Shown here: piece after piece, positions 1 to 18,226 of the stretch | Position numbering within the stretch: the stretch's first letter is position 1 | Layout of the letters: every line of letters starts with the position of its first letter | From: Macrostomum lignano | Taxonomy: Eukaryota | Assembly: GCA_002269645.1 (NCBI GenBank) | Contig: NIVC01002462.1 | Span: 1-64,000 of the forward strand | Reading direction: 5' to 3' | DNA: 64,000 bases | The notes under the pieces: model-generated | Databases searched by the model: none | Seen by the model: the letters and a program-made list of their open reading frames with translations, nothing else | Told to the model about the DNA's origin: nothing | Made by a program: the position numbers and the translations under genes

Positions 1-1
1 A

Positions 2-1809
2 CCAGAACGAGCAGCGCCAGCCAGCGCGCCGCAGCTCTCCGGACTCACGAGAGAGGAGCTCGAGGCCTACGTCAATGACCCGTTTTGGCGCCGGCTCCGC
101 CTAGCAACCCTCTGCCTGTTCGCTGCCCTGTGGCTCTGCATGTTCGCAGCGGTCATTGTCATTGTGGTGGCCTCGCCAAAATGCCCGCCCAGGCCTCCCA
201 GGCAGTTCTGGCAGCGGCCCGTCTACCGCCTGCAGCTGGCCGCATTCGCCCCTGCAACCAACTCGGATCCGAGCGCGGTTGGCAGCCTGGCTGGGCTGGC
301 CAACCGACTGGCGTACCTGCGCGACACCCTTGGCATGTCCAACTTCCTCATTGGCGGCGGTGTCAACCCGGTCGGTCCGGCGTCCGGCTGCCCGACCGAC
401 TTTGCCGCCATCAGGCCGCCACTGGGCCGACTGAGCGACCTGAGCGCTCTGGCTAAGAAGGGCCGCAAGAAGGGCTTCAATCTGATACTGGAGCTCGACC
501 TCAGCCAGGCCGATCCCGCTTGGTCGGACAAGCCCGACGACTTCATCAAATCGCCCTGGCCTGGAAAATCCAGCCGCGACTCGAAATTGGCCTGGAGCAA
601 CGAGCAGCTTCATCTTCCGCGCTCCACCTGCAACTCGCTGAATGTCAGCTCGCCAAGCGTCCGATCGCGTCTCGCGCCGCCCTAACCGCCTGGCTCGACG
701 CCGGCGTCTCTGGCTTCCTACTAAACAACGTCGCTTTCATGGCACCAACAGTCGCGGACAGCCGCCGATCCCAAACTCCGATTGGTTCGCCAGCGATCCC
801 GTGCCTCATCTGTATAGCAACTCGAGCGTCGAATTTGTGCGCTGGGCACGAGGGCTGCTGAATCAGGAGGCCGACCGCCTCGGCCGTGACTTAGCGCTGT
901 TCGTTGATCCCGGAAACACTGGATTCTCCCAGCCGCCCGACCGTCTGGCGCGCCTATCTAGCAGCTGGAGCGCACGCCGTGGTCAGCGTCGGGCTCGGCC
1001 GGCCGTTGAGCGAAAAATCTCCCGCTGGTGCCGACTCTTCCAACGCACGCCGTCTCGTCGAGTCCGTGATGGCCGCCGTCGGAAGCAAATTCGAAGGCGG
1101 CGTCATTTTCGCCACCGCTTGGCCGAGCCTTCGCCGTCCGACGGACCCGATGCTGACCGCCTTGTCGCTCACCCTGCCGGGAGTGCCGTGTCTCTACTAC
1201 GGCCAGGAGCTGGGCATGGTTCACGTGCCTGGCGTACGTTTCCAAAGCAACTCGTCTTTACTGTCAAGCTACCTGCCCGGCAACGACTCCACGGATCCAT
1301 CAGAGACGCCAATGCAATGGTCCGGCTCCGCCGCTAACGCCGGCTGGCTAAAGAACACTAGTTCCCGACTTGACTGGGTGGACCTGCAGCCACGTGCCGC
1401 CGACATCCGGGCTCACAACTTGCGCCGCTTGGCCGCCTCCGGCCATCCAGCCTCGGCGCTGCAATTCGTCCGCGATCTTCTAGGCCTGGTGAGCAGTCTT
1501 GAGTCGCTACAGTGGGGCCGAGTCGACTTCCTTCCGACTCCGGCGGGCAGCTCGGCCGGCCTAATAGCTTTCCGACGCCGTGCGGTTCGCTTCCCGGCTG
1601 TGTTCGTCGTCAGGAACCCGGGGGCGGTGTCGGCTACAGTGGACCTGACGGCTGGCGAAGCCGACAGCGGATCAGTGACCGGCTCGCTGAAGCTGATTTA
1701 CTCTGGCGGAGGCGGAGCCGGCGGCGCGTACGAAGTTGGCCAGTCCTACAGGCTGGATAGGGTCTTCGTGCCGGAATTCAGCACGCTGGTGTTTCTGGCT
1801 GACTCATGA
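2..1809 (+). CDS. SLC3A/4F2hc (CD98hc)-like amino-acid transporter heavy chain, 5' truncated by window edge, three apparent frameshifts
   Basis: Frame from base 2 reads GLTREELEAYVNDPFWRRLRLATLCLFAALWLCMFAAVIVIVVASPKC (SLC3A2_N motif plus type II TM). A GH13-like ectodomain follows across frames: LNVSSPSVRSRL / AALTAWLDAGVSGFLLNNV / PHLYSNSSVEFVRWARGLL / LSLTLPGVPCLYYGQELGM...TPMQW. The GH13 nucleophile Asp position (GFRLD) reads GFLLN, as expected for a non-catalytic heavy chain. Stop TGA at 1807-1809. No intron seen. Confidence 0.85.
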
Positions 1810-3197
1810 AGGATCTTGCTCTCGGCGAAAAAAAAGAAATACAATACATTGACTCAATTAGGAGGGCTAGAGCTAGAGAAGAAAAATGACAGTTCATCAA
1901 AAGCAGACACTTTGCCCCTCCGAAAGTCCATACAGCGGCTTAATTAGAGAAAGTATCCGAATAAAAAAATGGCGCACTCCGTGCAAACCACCTTTTTGGC
2001 CATCTCGTTCTCCGGACTAATAAGTTAAGATCGTGACAGATGTGACATTTGCTGACTCAGTCTTTTGCTAATCCTTTCACTGGCTTGAATCTACGCTTGT
2101 AAGTAAAGAATTCAGCTGACAGAAAAGACTAATTATAAACTGGTTTAATTCGACATCGAGAGCGCGTCTGGGTTTAATACTCGCCAGATTTGCTATTTAT
2201 AAATCATAACCAAAGCTGCAATGTATTGTTTAGTAATTGGCACGAAATTTACGTTAGTACTTACTAATAGTAGACCACTGTTTCAAATGAAGAAGTTTAT
2301 GTTAAGTTAGTTATAGGTTACTTATATATGAACAGTAATAGCAGCGGTTTGAGATCGCACGCAGAACAAGCGAAACAATAGGTAACAATCCAAATTACCA
2401 GACCTGAACCTCGCGATCCTTTGGTAGCATTTCTAAGAAGCAGTTTGTAAATTAAGACAAAAATATTTAATTTGCGAAGAAGATAAAAATACATATTGAA
2501 AACACGGACTACTTAAGCAGGAGGACATAAATTGTCTCATATAAATTGTCGTTTCAGTTTCTTAGAAAATTATAGATGTTTTTACCGAAAAAATACATTA
2601 CGGAGATAGGAGGTTTTCATTTTTTCGGTGCAAAAATTTGTTATTGCTTTCGATAGGAGGCAAACCCTTCGTTTATCTTTTAAAATGTCTTGCCTTTCTC
2701 ATAGCCCTATTGCTATTCCTAGAGCTAGTACGTCTACAAGCTAGTACAAATTTGTTACAGTCATTAAGCTAAAAATAATAAAATCGATTCGTAAAGCCAA
2801 TGAGTCGAACTGTGCCATTTTTATGATTTTTAGACACAGTTTTTGACACTTGTACCATTGTACGTAGGATAAAAAGCTAAAATAGAATCCTAAAGCTAAA
2901 TAAACAAAAAGCTCTTACTCAAGCAGTCCTTGACTGGAAAGTGTATAGTCAATGCGCTATTACATTTTAATAGGAAGTGGTAGCAGGTCAACCAAATTTA
3001 TGTGGATATTGTCGGCTAGAAAAAAGCTATCACAAGGCGTGCCGCCCATCCTACTCTCTGAATTCTGAACAGTTTAAACATCCGTTGCTTACTGACATGT
3101 AAATATGTTTCTGATTGATATTCAAAGCCTCTACTAGCGTATTTGGCACGCGAACAAATGTTTCAGACGCGAGCCGACCAGAATCCCAATTAAGGTT

Positions 3198-5044
3198 TCA
3201 GTTGTTGGTTGGCTGGCCGCCTCCGCTGCCTTCGCCACTTGTCGGTCCGTAAGACGTCGGCGGCGAGCTTCCAGTTGAGCCCGCCGAGGTGAGTGGCGTA
3301 TTCTGGCTGGGCGGCGGCATCATCGGCTGCTGCTGCTGCATCACAGGTTGGGGAGCGGGCATGGCTGATGGCATCGGCATCGCTTGCTGGCTGGCTAGGG
3401 CCGCCTGGGCTTGCAGATCCATGTAGCTGCGGCCCTTTGCTTTAGCGAACGAAGCGTTCCGGAAGCTTTTAATAAAGTAGAGCAGAGCTAGGCCTAGGAT
3501 AAGTGTGCCTGAAGAGAGGATTATGGGTGTGGGGTCGGTTGATGTTGTTACCAGCTGTTTTCCTGCTCTCGGGGGCCCACCCAAGCAACAACTCCAACTT
3601 TCATATCGTGGAAGACAGTAAGAAAACTTCATGCTGCACATAACCTCAGAACCTCATAAGCTTTAAAATTCACATTAAATAAAAAATAGTTTTCGCTGAT
3701 TTGTTGTTTCGAGAATACAAAATTGACTGACATAGTGATAGTGCAGATAGCCCGGCCTTCAACCGAGACTGGCTCAACCACCTCGGGCCCAACCCGTCCC
3801 TGGACGACGCTTGCCGGCCGAGAACATCCCACGGCTCATCCGGTTCCTCCGAGCCACCAAACGAGCCTCCGTCTTTCCTACCGGAGACAACGCTGCAGAC
3901 AGGACCGGCAGACCTCCCTGACCGGCCCCGCGCCCTAGCCTATGCGGGCCTTTTAGGGATTAGTGGAATTGGCGACGCTCGCCTCCCCGCTGCGTCTTCG
4001 GACCGCCCTGCAGCTAAGTCAAGTAAGTCAAGATAGTGCAGATAGAGAAGTATCAATAGATATGCTTTTACTCTACTAGTAGTAGTTCAGGCTGGGGAAA
4101 TGTTACTAGTGGAGACATACAAGGGGTTGGGAGTTTCTTTACATGTACAAACGTATTGCCATGCCTCAGAAATAATACTTTGAGACTCTCAGTATGAAGT
4201 TTCGAGCTTTTGAAGCGCCCCGCAAACGCCTTACCTGACAGCACAGCCTTCAACACGCTCGAACTTTGGTCGTTGTTGCGCAAGAACAGCGGAATCGGTA
4301 GGGCAATGTACAGAATTGTCTTCCGCCAGCAGTCGATCCACTTGATTGCCCGCCAGATCATGCAACAGCAGCTCATGTCGCTGCGTGTTTTCAATTTGAG
4401 TAGAGATTGAGAAGGATATCGGAGTTGGTTGCAGTGGTTTCCTCACACCCTCATATTTTTTATTGCATAAATGAACTAAGCAATTAGATGTGTGCCTCTT
4501 TTTTTAATCAGCACGTCACGAGATCTTCACTCACTCGCAGCAGTTGCACTTGTCGAACAGCCAGACAGATTCCAGAAAGGTCAGCAGAACTGTGATGCCT
4601 CTGAAAATTAAAATAAGTCGATATTCAGCGACGCCAAGGTGATTATATAGAATTGTTTCATTATTCTATCACAATATAACAAACGGAACGCATTATCTTA
4701 CAGCAGGTACCAGCCGTTGATTGTGTGGTACTTCTCTACCGTCAGAATGCTTATCATCATGATGTAGAGACCTGTCAGAAGGGAAAGAATCTGAGATTCA
4801 GATGTGGAAATCAAAACGTTTTGCAAATGCTGAAGGCTAGACATCGCAAGTCTGTAAGACATGTCTGGGAAGTAATCTAGCCTTTTATTTTTGGCAATAG
4901 AAATGCCATAAAATTCTTCCCGAGCTTCGGCCTCAGGCCCTGCTTTTACTTACAAACGACAACAACCAGGCCTGCCATGCGGCACAGCATGGTGATGTAC
5001 TTGAAGCAGCAGGTTCTGTCCTCTTCTAGCTCGATAAAACGCAT
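3198..5044 (-). CDS. TMEM72/Flower(CACFD1)-like small multi-pass membrane protein, 5 exons, 227 aa
   Basis: Exons 4954-5044, 4702-4771, 4535-4600, 4235-4380, 3198-3508, all GT-AG and phase-consistent (684 nt). Protein MRFIELEEDRTCCFKYITMLCRMAGLVVVVCLYIMMISILT...LESVWLFDKCNCCDDMSCCCMIWRAIKWIDCWRKTILYIALPIPLF...SGTLILGLALLYFIKS plus a P/Q/S-rich tail. Family call is from remembered motif resemblance. Confidence 0.7.
3751..4031 (+). mobile_element. 5'-truncated LINE 3' end (I-group-like) in intron 4 of the TMEM72-like gene
   Basis: Perfect 14-bp TSD GATAGTGCAGATAG at 3737-3750 and 4032-4045. Tandem 3' tail CTAAGTCAAGTAAGTCAA. Residual ORF2 C-terminus PAFNRDWLNHLGPNPSLDDAC(fs)ENIPRLIRFLRATKR. 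Confidence 0.75.
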
Positions 5045-5893
5045 GGTTGAATGAACTTAATTGTTTCTGTTACAGTCCTATCGATCAAGAATCGTGTACC
5101 GATTTCCACTGTAGCTGACGAAATCCGCCTTTCCTCACGGCTTCTGCAGTTTTTTTGCCCGAATTTGAAGGCTCAGTTGGGAGGTGGGCCGGTTGAGTTG
5201 GGCGAGGATCGCATGAGGCACTCCTGAAATCTCTGTCTTTTGTCTCCGCACACTATTTCATTACTATAGCCACCCTCACTCAACCCGCTCGCCTTGTTCG
5301 TCTTCGCAGTCATGCCACTGCGAGTTAAACGCGCTTTTCTATCTCTCAGCTGTCTCCCTCCGCGCGCTTAGCCAAACTTGATCAAAGGCAAACAAATCTT
5401 CCAGTTCTGGAAAGAGAAAATCAATCAATTCACAGACTATGAGGGGGAATAGGGTTTTAGCGGAGCAGCCCACTCAATCTGTGCTCTGTCCCTTTAGCTC
5501 CTGAATAGAAGCAACGCAGTAACTGGACAAAAGTGATCTGGCTGACTTGCTTTGCAACGGCCATGCAAACTAAACTTTTGTTCCTCGAACTGTACTGTTA
5601 TTTTCTGATTCATTTCATACTAGTGTAATCTAAGTAATTTCTGTGGGAAGATCTTCGTCGGGAACAAGCTAGTAAAGCACTCTAACGAGCGTATTGGTCT
5701 TAATATTTAACTGCAATTCAATAATTTTTAACGACATTTTTATTTTTCCTGAAAAGAAATGACGCGATTTTTACAAAACCGAAAAAAAGAATAGTCAGTT
5801 CAATGATGCAAAGAGTCATGGAGAATTGCTTTTACTAAGTAATTTAGTCAATTGGATCAATATAAAGCAAGCAAGTTTTCAACGTTTCAAGTC

Positions 5894-12290
<6,397 letters not shown>

Positions 12291-13072
12291 TCTGTTTAGT
12301 CTGTTTAGTCTTAGCAGCAGAAAAAAGCTCCAGGAGTCTTAGTGCTGCAGTACAGTTTGATGCAGAAGCTATGAAGATGCTGTCGGGGCACAACTGGAGT
12401 GCTTGGTTGGCACGCTAATGACGTTGTCGCCGTGGTATGGAGCGTGGGGTGGGCGTTTGCGACCTGTCATTCAGACTATTGGCTAGATGATGATGCGGTC
12501 GGTAACAGGCTGTTGGACGGATGCTAGCGGTGGGAGGGGAAAGACAGAGAGAGAGGTTGGGGAAGAGTAAGCTATGGCCTGAACCGGGGGAAGAGGGAGG
12601 TACGAAGCTGCAGTGGATGTCAGACTGAGCTGTATAAAACTTCTGCTCACAAGGGGGAGAAAATATTGTCGGGAAGTGTTTGAGCAAGCTGAGTTGGCGG
12701 ACCTTCCCAACGGGTTATGCTATGCTGGGCTGGGCTGGAGGAAATGGGTGGAACGAGCAGTATTGAGGTATGGGGCTTTATTGACCTGTGAAGTATTTCT
12801 GAGAATTTTTGCTTTCTAAGCCACATGTAACTGCTGTTGCTAACTGCATCCAGGTTGCTCTGAGGCTAAAACTCGCTTTGAAATATTGTTTCCATAACTT
12901 TTAATGCATGTATTGTTAAAACACGTTTTGCAGAATATTGCAACAGTTTTAAATATGAGCTATACTCGTATTTGCATGACTGTGAACGATCTTTGAATGA
13001 ATTTGAATGAATTTAAATCAACTCATTGTAAAATAAATTTTGCTTTGTAGTCTGGAAATATAGTTAAAATCT

Positions 13073-13858
13073 GACCCACTTCAAGAATCTGTCAGTGCAA
13101 CTCTGCCCCACTTCAGTAATCTGCCAGCGCAACTCTGCCCCACTTCAGTAATCTGCCAGTACAACTCTGCCCCACTTCAGTAATCTGCCAGTGCAACTCT
13201 GCCCCACTTCAGTAATCTGCCAGTGCAACTCTACCCCACTTCAGTAATCTGTCAGTGCAACTCTGCCCCACTTCAGTAATCTGTCAGTGCAACTCTGCCC
13301 CACTTCAGTAATCTGCCAGTGCAACTCTGCCCCACTTCAGTAATCTGTCAGTGCAACTCTGCCCCACTTCAGTAATCTGCCAGTGCAACTCTGCCCCACT
13401 TCAGTAATCTGCCAGTGCAACTCTGCCCCACTTCAGTAATCTGCCAGTGCAACTCTGCCCCACTTCAGTAATCTGCCAGTGCAACTCTGCCTTACTTCAG
13501 TAATCTGCCAGTGCAACCCTGCCCCAATTCAGTAATCTGCCAGTGCAACTCTGCCCACTTCAGTAATCTGCCAGTGCAACTCTGCCCCACTTCAGTAATC
13601 TGTCAGTGCAACTCTGCCCCACTTCAGTAATCTGCCAGTGCAACTCTGCCCCACTTCAGTAATCTGCCAGTGCAACTCTGCCCCACTTCAGTAATCTGCC
13701 AGTGCAACTCTGCCCCACTTCAGTAATCTGCCAGTGCAACTCTGCCTTACTTCAGTAATCTGCCAGTGCAACCCTGCCCCAATTCAGTAATCTGCCAGTG
13801 CAACTCTGCCCACTTCAGTAATCTGCCAGTGCAACTCTGCCCCACTTCAGTAATCTGC
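13073..13858. repeat. 32-bp minisatellite, ~24 copies
   Basis: Unit CTCTGCCCCACTTCAGTAATCTG(C/T)CAGTGCAA at 13101, 13133 etc. Confidence 0.97.
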
Positions 13859-14732
13859 TCTATAATCTAGTTTGGAAATATATGCCAGTTGCCAGTATAA
13901 ATTATCAATATGTAAAAAATATTAACAGTAGGTCTAAAAGTACGATTAAACTACAAAGCTATTGTAGTCAAGAAAGCAGGAAAGCAAGAAAGCAAGCTTG
14001 ACATAATTAATAAATATATGTATACATATAATAAAACTGAAAATTAAAATGAAACATTTTCGAGCGAAAAAAACGAGACATCTACATGTACATTATATGC
14101 CCTTCTTCTTAATCTAATTTTAACGTCTGTCCTGTACACAGATACTAGAATAACCTATAGCTGGGCCACTCAGCACATTTGCATGCAAGCTACTTTCAGT
14201 TCAGTAGTAAGTTAAACAGAAGCATTTTAATGAATTTTTAAAGACAAGGCCTTTTTATTGGCTCTTACCCCCCAAGCTTAAACTCTCAAACTCCACACGG
14301 AACCTCTACCCCTGGCCCGCCACCCAATTTTTATTACCTTCCTCGGTTGTTTCAGCCATTAATAGTGTCAGTGGCCAATGTACATTATGGCTGAACCAAT
14401 TAGAAAGCTGTTTACGCCTGCAGACGGCTTCTACTAGCTTATCAAAGTCATTTCAGCTGCCTTTATTATAAAATAGCTTATGTATTCTTCATTGCTACTG
14501 AAATGAAAGTAGAAAGCTGTTTTGCTAAGTATATATGCCTGAGTGGCCCATCTATTATTCTAGTAATCTGTGGTTCTGAACCAGTTTCCCCTCTTAGAAA
14601 AGACTCAAATATATTAGTATTATATTTATCATACGCTCGTATGTAAAACAAAAGAAACCGCTGTTTAAGAAAAGAAAGCTAAGTCTATTAAAATTCTAGC
14701 AAGAAAAAAGTGTTTCATCAATAAGTTCGAGC

Positions 14733-16832
14733 CTACAAGTCGATGAACGAGTCTTTCGTGGTCTTCGGGTGGTACGGGTACGGCCGGAAGGAGCGAATCA
14801 GGACTGGCGCATTGCAGTCATCCGAGGCGCACTCTTGGCACTTGAAGCCGCTCTGCTTTCGGCGACCGGATTGACATTTGCCGCAGCCGCCGTTGTATTC
14901 CTGCCATTTTGCAGGGGAGGGGGATGGAGGGGGAGACTGGTGAGGGAATGGAAGTTAGGGGAGTGAGATAGAGGGATAAGTGAGAGTGACAATGAGTGTG
15001 AGATGTAGTAAGCCAGAGTTGGAGGGAGAGATGGAGGGAGAAAGATGGAGGGAGAAAGTGACATGGCGAGGATGAGACGGAGGGAGATGGTGAGATAGAG
15101 GGAGAGGGAGTGAGATGGAAGGAGAGAGTGAGATTGAGAGATAAGTGAGAGTGAGAGAATGAGTGTCAGATAGAGTGAGCCACAGTTAAGATAGAAGAAA
15201 GAGTCAGATGGAAGGGGAGAGAGTGAGATGGAAGGAGAGAGAGTGAGATGGAAGGAGAGAGAGTGAGATGGAAGGAGAGAGAGTGAGATGGAAGGAGAGA
15301 GAGTGAGATGGAGGGAGAGGGTGAGATGGAGAGAGAGGGTAGATGGAGAGAGAGGGTGGGATGGAGGGAGAGGGTGAGATGGAGGGAGAGGGTGAGATGG
15401 AGGGAGAGGGTGAGATGGAGGGAGTTGGTGAGATGGAGGGAGATAGTGAGATGGAGGGAGAGGGTGAGATGGAGGGAGAGGGTGAGATGGAGGGAGATGG
15501 TGAGATGGAGGGAGATGGTGAGATGGAGGGAGATGGTGAGATGGAGGGAGATGGTGAGATGGAGGGAGAGGGTGAGATGGAGGGAGATGGTGAGATGGAG
15601 GGAGAGGGTGAGATGGAGGGAGAGGGTGAGATGGAGGGAGAGGGTGAGATTGAGAAAAGGGAGTGAGAGACAAGAAGACGAGAGAGTGGCAGCGTGAGAG
15701 CATTGAAAAAGCCCTGCTTGGGTGAAGAGATAAGGAGAGTATAACGATGCAATAGATGCAGTTAGGAATTAAAAGTGAGTTTGAGTTTCTCAAAAAATCA
15801 AGGCGGGATGACTTGACAGCACATGCATTAGAGTTTAAGAGCTTAAGCAAGTCTAATTCAGACTTGGAGATGACAGTGAGCAAAACTCACCATGTACACC
15901 AGCGGAATCACATCGTAGTTCTCGATGCCTTTGTACCGATCGGCCATGTTGAAGTAGGAATTCTCGTCATCTCTGCCAATAGTCTTGGCGACCACCAAGA
16001 AGCACTTGTTCACACTTCCGTGACATTCCCGAGATCGAATCTTGCCGTGCTTCAGGACGCCTTTCAGATAGAAGGTGAGGCACTTCATCGAGCTTCCCCC
16101 GGCTGCGAGGAATCAGTGCAGTGAAGAGTGGCTTCAGTAGGGACCGTTGAAATATTACACACCCTGTCTGACTCTCCCTGACACCCTGTCTGACTCTCCC
16201 TCACACCCTGTCTGACTCTCCCTGACACCCTGCCAGACTCTCCCTGACACCCTGCCAGACTCTCCCTGACACCCTGTCTGACTCTCCCTGACACCCTGCC
16301 AGACTCTCCCTGACACCCTGCCTGACTCTCCCTGACACCCTGCCTGACTCTCTCTGACACCCTGCCTGACTCTCCCTGAGACCCTGTCTGACTCTCCCTG
16401 ACACCCTGTCTGACTCTCCCTGACACCCTGCCTGACTCTCCCTGACACCCTGCCAGACTCTCCCTGACACCCTGCCAGACTCTCCCTGACACCCTGCCAG
16501 ACTCTCCCTGACACCCTGCCTGAGTCTCCCTGAGACCCTGCCTGACTCTCATTGACTGACACCCTGTCTGACGGTCATTGTCTGACACCCTGCCTGAGTC
16601 TCCCTGAGACCCTGCCTGACTCTCATTGACTGACACCCTGTCTGACGGTCATTGTCTGACACCCTGTCTGACTTTCATTGACAAATTGCTGTCGATCTTT
16701 CATGGACAGACGCTTTGTTTTGCCTGCCTCTGAAGTTTTTCAAACTCGATCATCTGTTACACGCTTATCGTAATTCTTACCGAATATGCTGCAGAATATT
16801 ACGAGAGCCAGAGACCACTTGACAGTCAACAT
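14733..16832 (-). CDS. Secreted 8-Cys Ly6/uPAR (three-finger)-like protein, 3 exons, 143 aa
   Basis: Exons 16781-16832, 15891-16102, 14733-14900, GT-AG and phase-consistent (432 nt). Protein MLTVKWSLALVIFCSIFAGGSSMKCLTFYLKGVLKHGKIRSRECHGSVNKCFLVVAKTIGRDDENSYFNMADRYKGIENYDVIPLVYMEYNGGCGKCQSGRRKQSGFKCQECASDDCNAPVLIRSFRPYPYHPKTTKDSFIDL. It has a signal peptide, mature Cys at 25/44/51/94/97/109/112/117 and a terminal CxxCxxDxCN. Confidence 0.75.
14930..15660. repeat. GA-rich minisatellite (18-bp unit GAGATGGAGGGAGAGGGT, 20-bp variants) in intron 2 of the Ly6-like gene
   Basis: Direct tandem repetition 15225-15650 with a degenerate GA-rich flank. Confidence 0.9.
16158..16680. repeat. 22-bp minisatellite (ACACCCTG(T/C)C(T/A)GACTCTCCCTG) in intron 1 of the Ly6-like gene
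   Basis: ~21 tandem copies followed by ~40-bp variant units. Confidence 0.93.
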
Positions 16833-17089
16833 GTTGTCTGACTCTTTAATCTTTAGTATATTTAAGTTGTAATGAAGCTATATTTATTAACGCTAGTGTT
16901 TTAGATTTGGAGATAAGTATATTAAAAGCTACTGCAGCGTCTTCAGCAAATCGAATGCACTTAGTCTATGTACAAAGTTACGAGTTTCTAAACTAATGTT
17001 TGACCAAAATAACTTTAAAATAAACTTTTCAGTTATTTAATTATCATTTTCATTTCATTTCATTGAGAGCCGTTTGAATGCGCCATTCG

Positions 17090-17255
17090 AGGAGGGTGCC
17101 GTCTCATTTGAGGTGGGTTCCATCTCATTTGAGGTGGGTGGGTGCCATCTCATTTGAGGTGCGTGCCATCTCATTTGAGGTGTGTGCCATTTGAGGTGTG
17201 CCATTTGAGATGGATGCCATTTGAGGTGGGTGCCATTTGAGGTGGGTGCCATCTA
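17090..17255. repeat. Degenerate tandem repeat GCCAT(CTCAT)TTGAGGTG
   Basis: Repeated CCATCTCATTTGAGGTG / CCATTTGAGGTG motifs. Confidence 0.8.
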
Positions 17256-17844
17256 AAGAAGGTGCTATGCTCCCTTATTATTGCAAACTCGAAAGCAGTC
17301 CGAAAACAACACTGGTAATTAAAAGGGCGTTTATTATTCATGCCCCATTTGAGGTGGTTAAAACAAAAAGTGCAAAATTTGAAACTTTATCAAAATCGAG
17401 GATATATTTATGCCAGTATGTACTCGTACATATTTAACCCTTTCTTCTCCACAATAGAGTTGTTAGAGTCAGGCTTAAAAACAAAAAAACTATTTAGAAA
17501 TCATACCAGAATAAATCTATTAGCAAAATAATTAAAGCACTTTTCAAGAAGTTCATACAGCAAATATACATGTAGCTTTAAATCAAATAGATTAATAAAG
17601 TGCATATAGCTCGTACCAGTCTTCTATACACAGAACTTGAAATACGCTTGTTGAAAATTGAGCAGATCAAAATTGTGAATTGGGTATCCATGGCTGATCA
17701 AACATTCATGCATAAAATAAGCATTACACTTCTAATGTTCTACTAACAGTGTTGTCCGAGTAAGTAGTCTACATGGACAACTAAAAATTAGTAAGACCGT
17801 GAAGCAAGATCGTGAAAATTTCACCGTTTGTATCATTGAATTCT

Positions 17845-18085
17845 AAGGTCCAAGATTGTATCTCTGAATAGTAACGTCCACGATTGTATCATTGAGTAGT
17901 AACGTCCACGATTGTACTCGTATGATTGAATAGTAAGGTCCAAGATTGTATCACTGAAGGTCCACGATTGTATCATTGAAGGTCCACGATTGTATCACTG
18001 AAGGTCCACGATTGTATCATTGAAGGTCCACGATTGTATCATTGAAGGTCCACGCTTGTACCTCGTATCATTGAATAGTAAGGCC
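17845..18085. repeat. 22-bp tandem repeat AAGGTCCACGATTGTATCA(T/C)TG
   Basis: ~9 copies, purest at 17957-18055. Confidence 0.85.
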
Positions 18086-18226
18086 CATGGTTTATGAGTG
18101 TAGTGCCCTTCTACTTTAGTTGTCCATGCAATGCCACCTGTTTTAATACTTTCTGTAAGCACTGCTACAGTGGTTTATAGAATAAAGTGCAGAGGAATAA
18201 GTAAAATTCCAGCCAGTAGGCGGCTG

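Noticed and set aside
101-1172. Antisense and alternate-frame ORFs over the SLC3A gene, and likewise over ZFPL1 exon 3 (37239-37930) and 60521-61311
   Set aside because: These are shadows of GC-rich coding sequence with no recognisable motifs.
14798-15883. 361-aa, 182-aa, 129-aa and 107-aa ORFs (PPSHPL, SPSI, RWRE, MEGEG repeats)
   Set aside because: These are translations of an 18-bp GA-rich minisatellite inside intron 2 of the Ly6-like gene; several frames are open at once.
16085-16636. GRVSGRVRQGVRES repeat ORFs
   Set aside because: Translation of a 22-bp intronic minisatellite.
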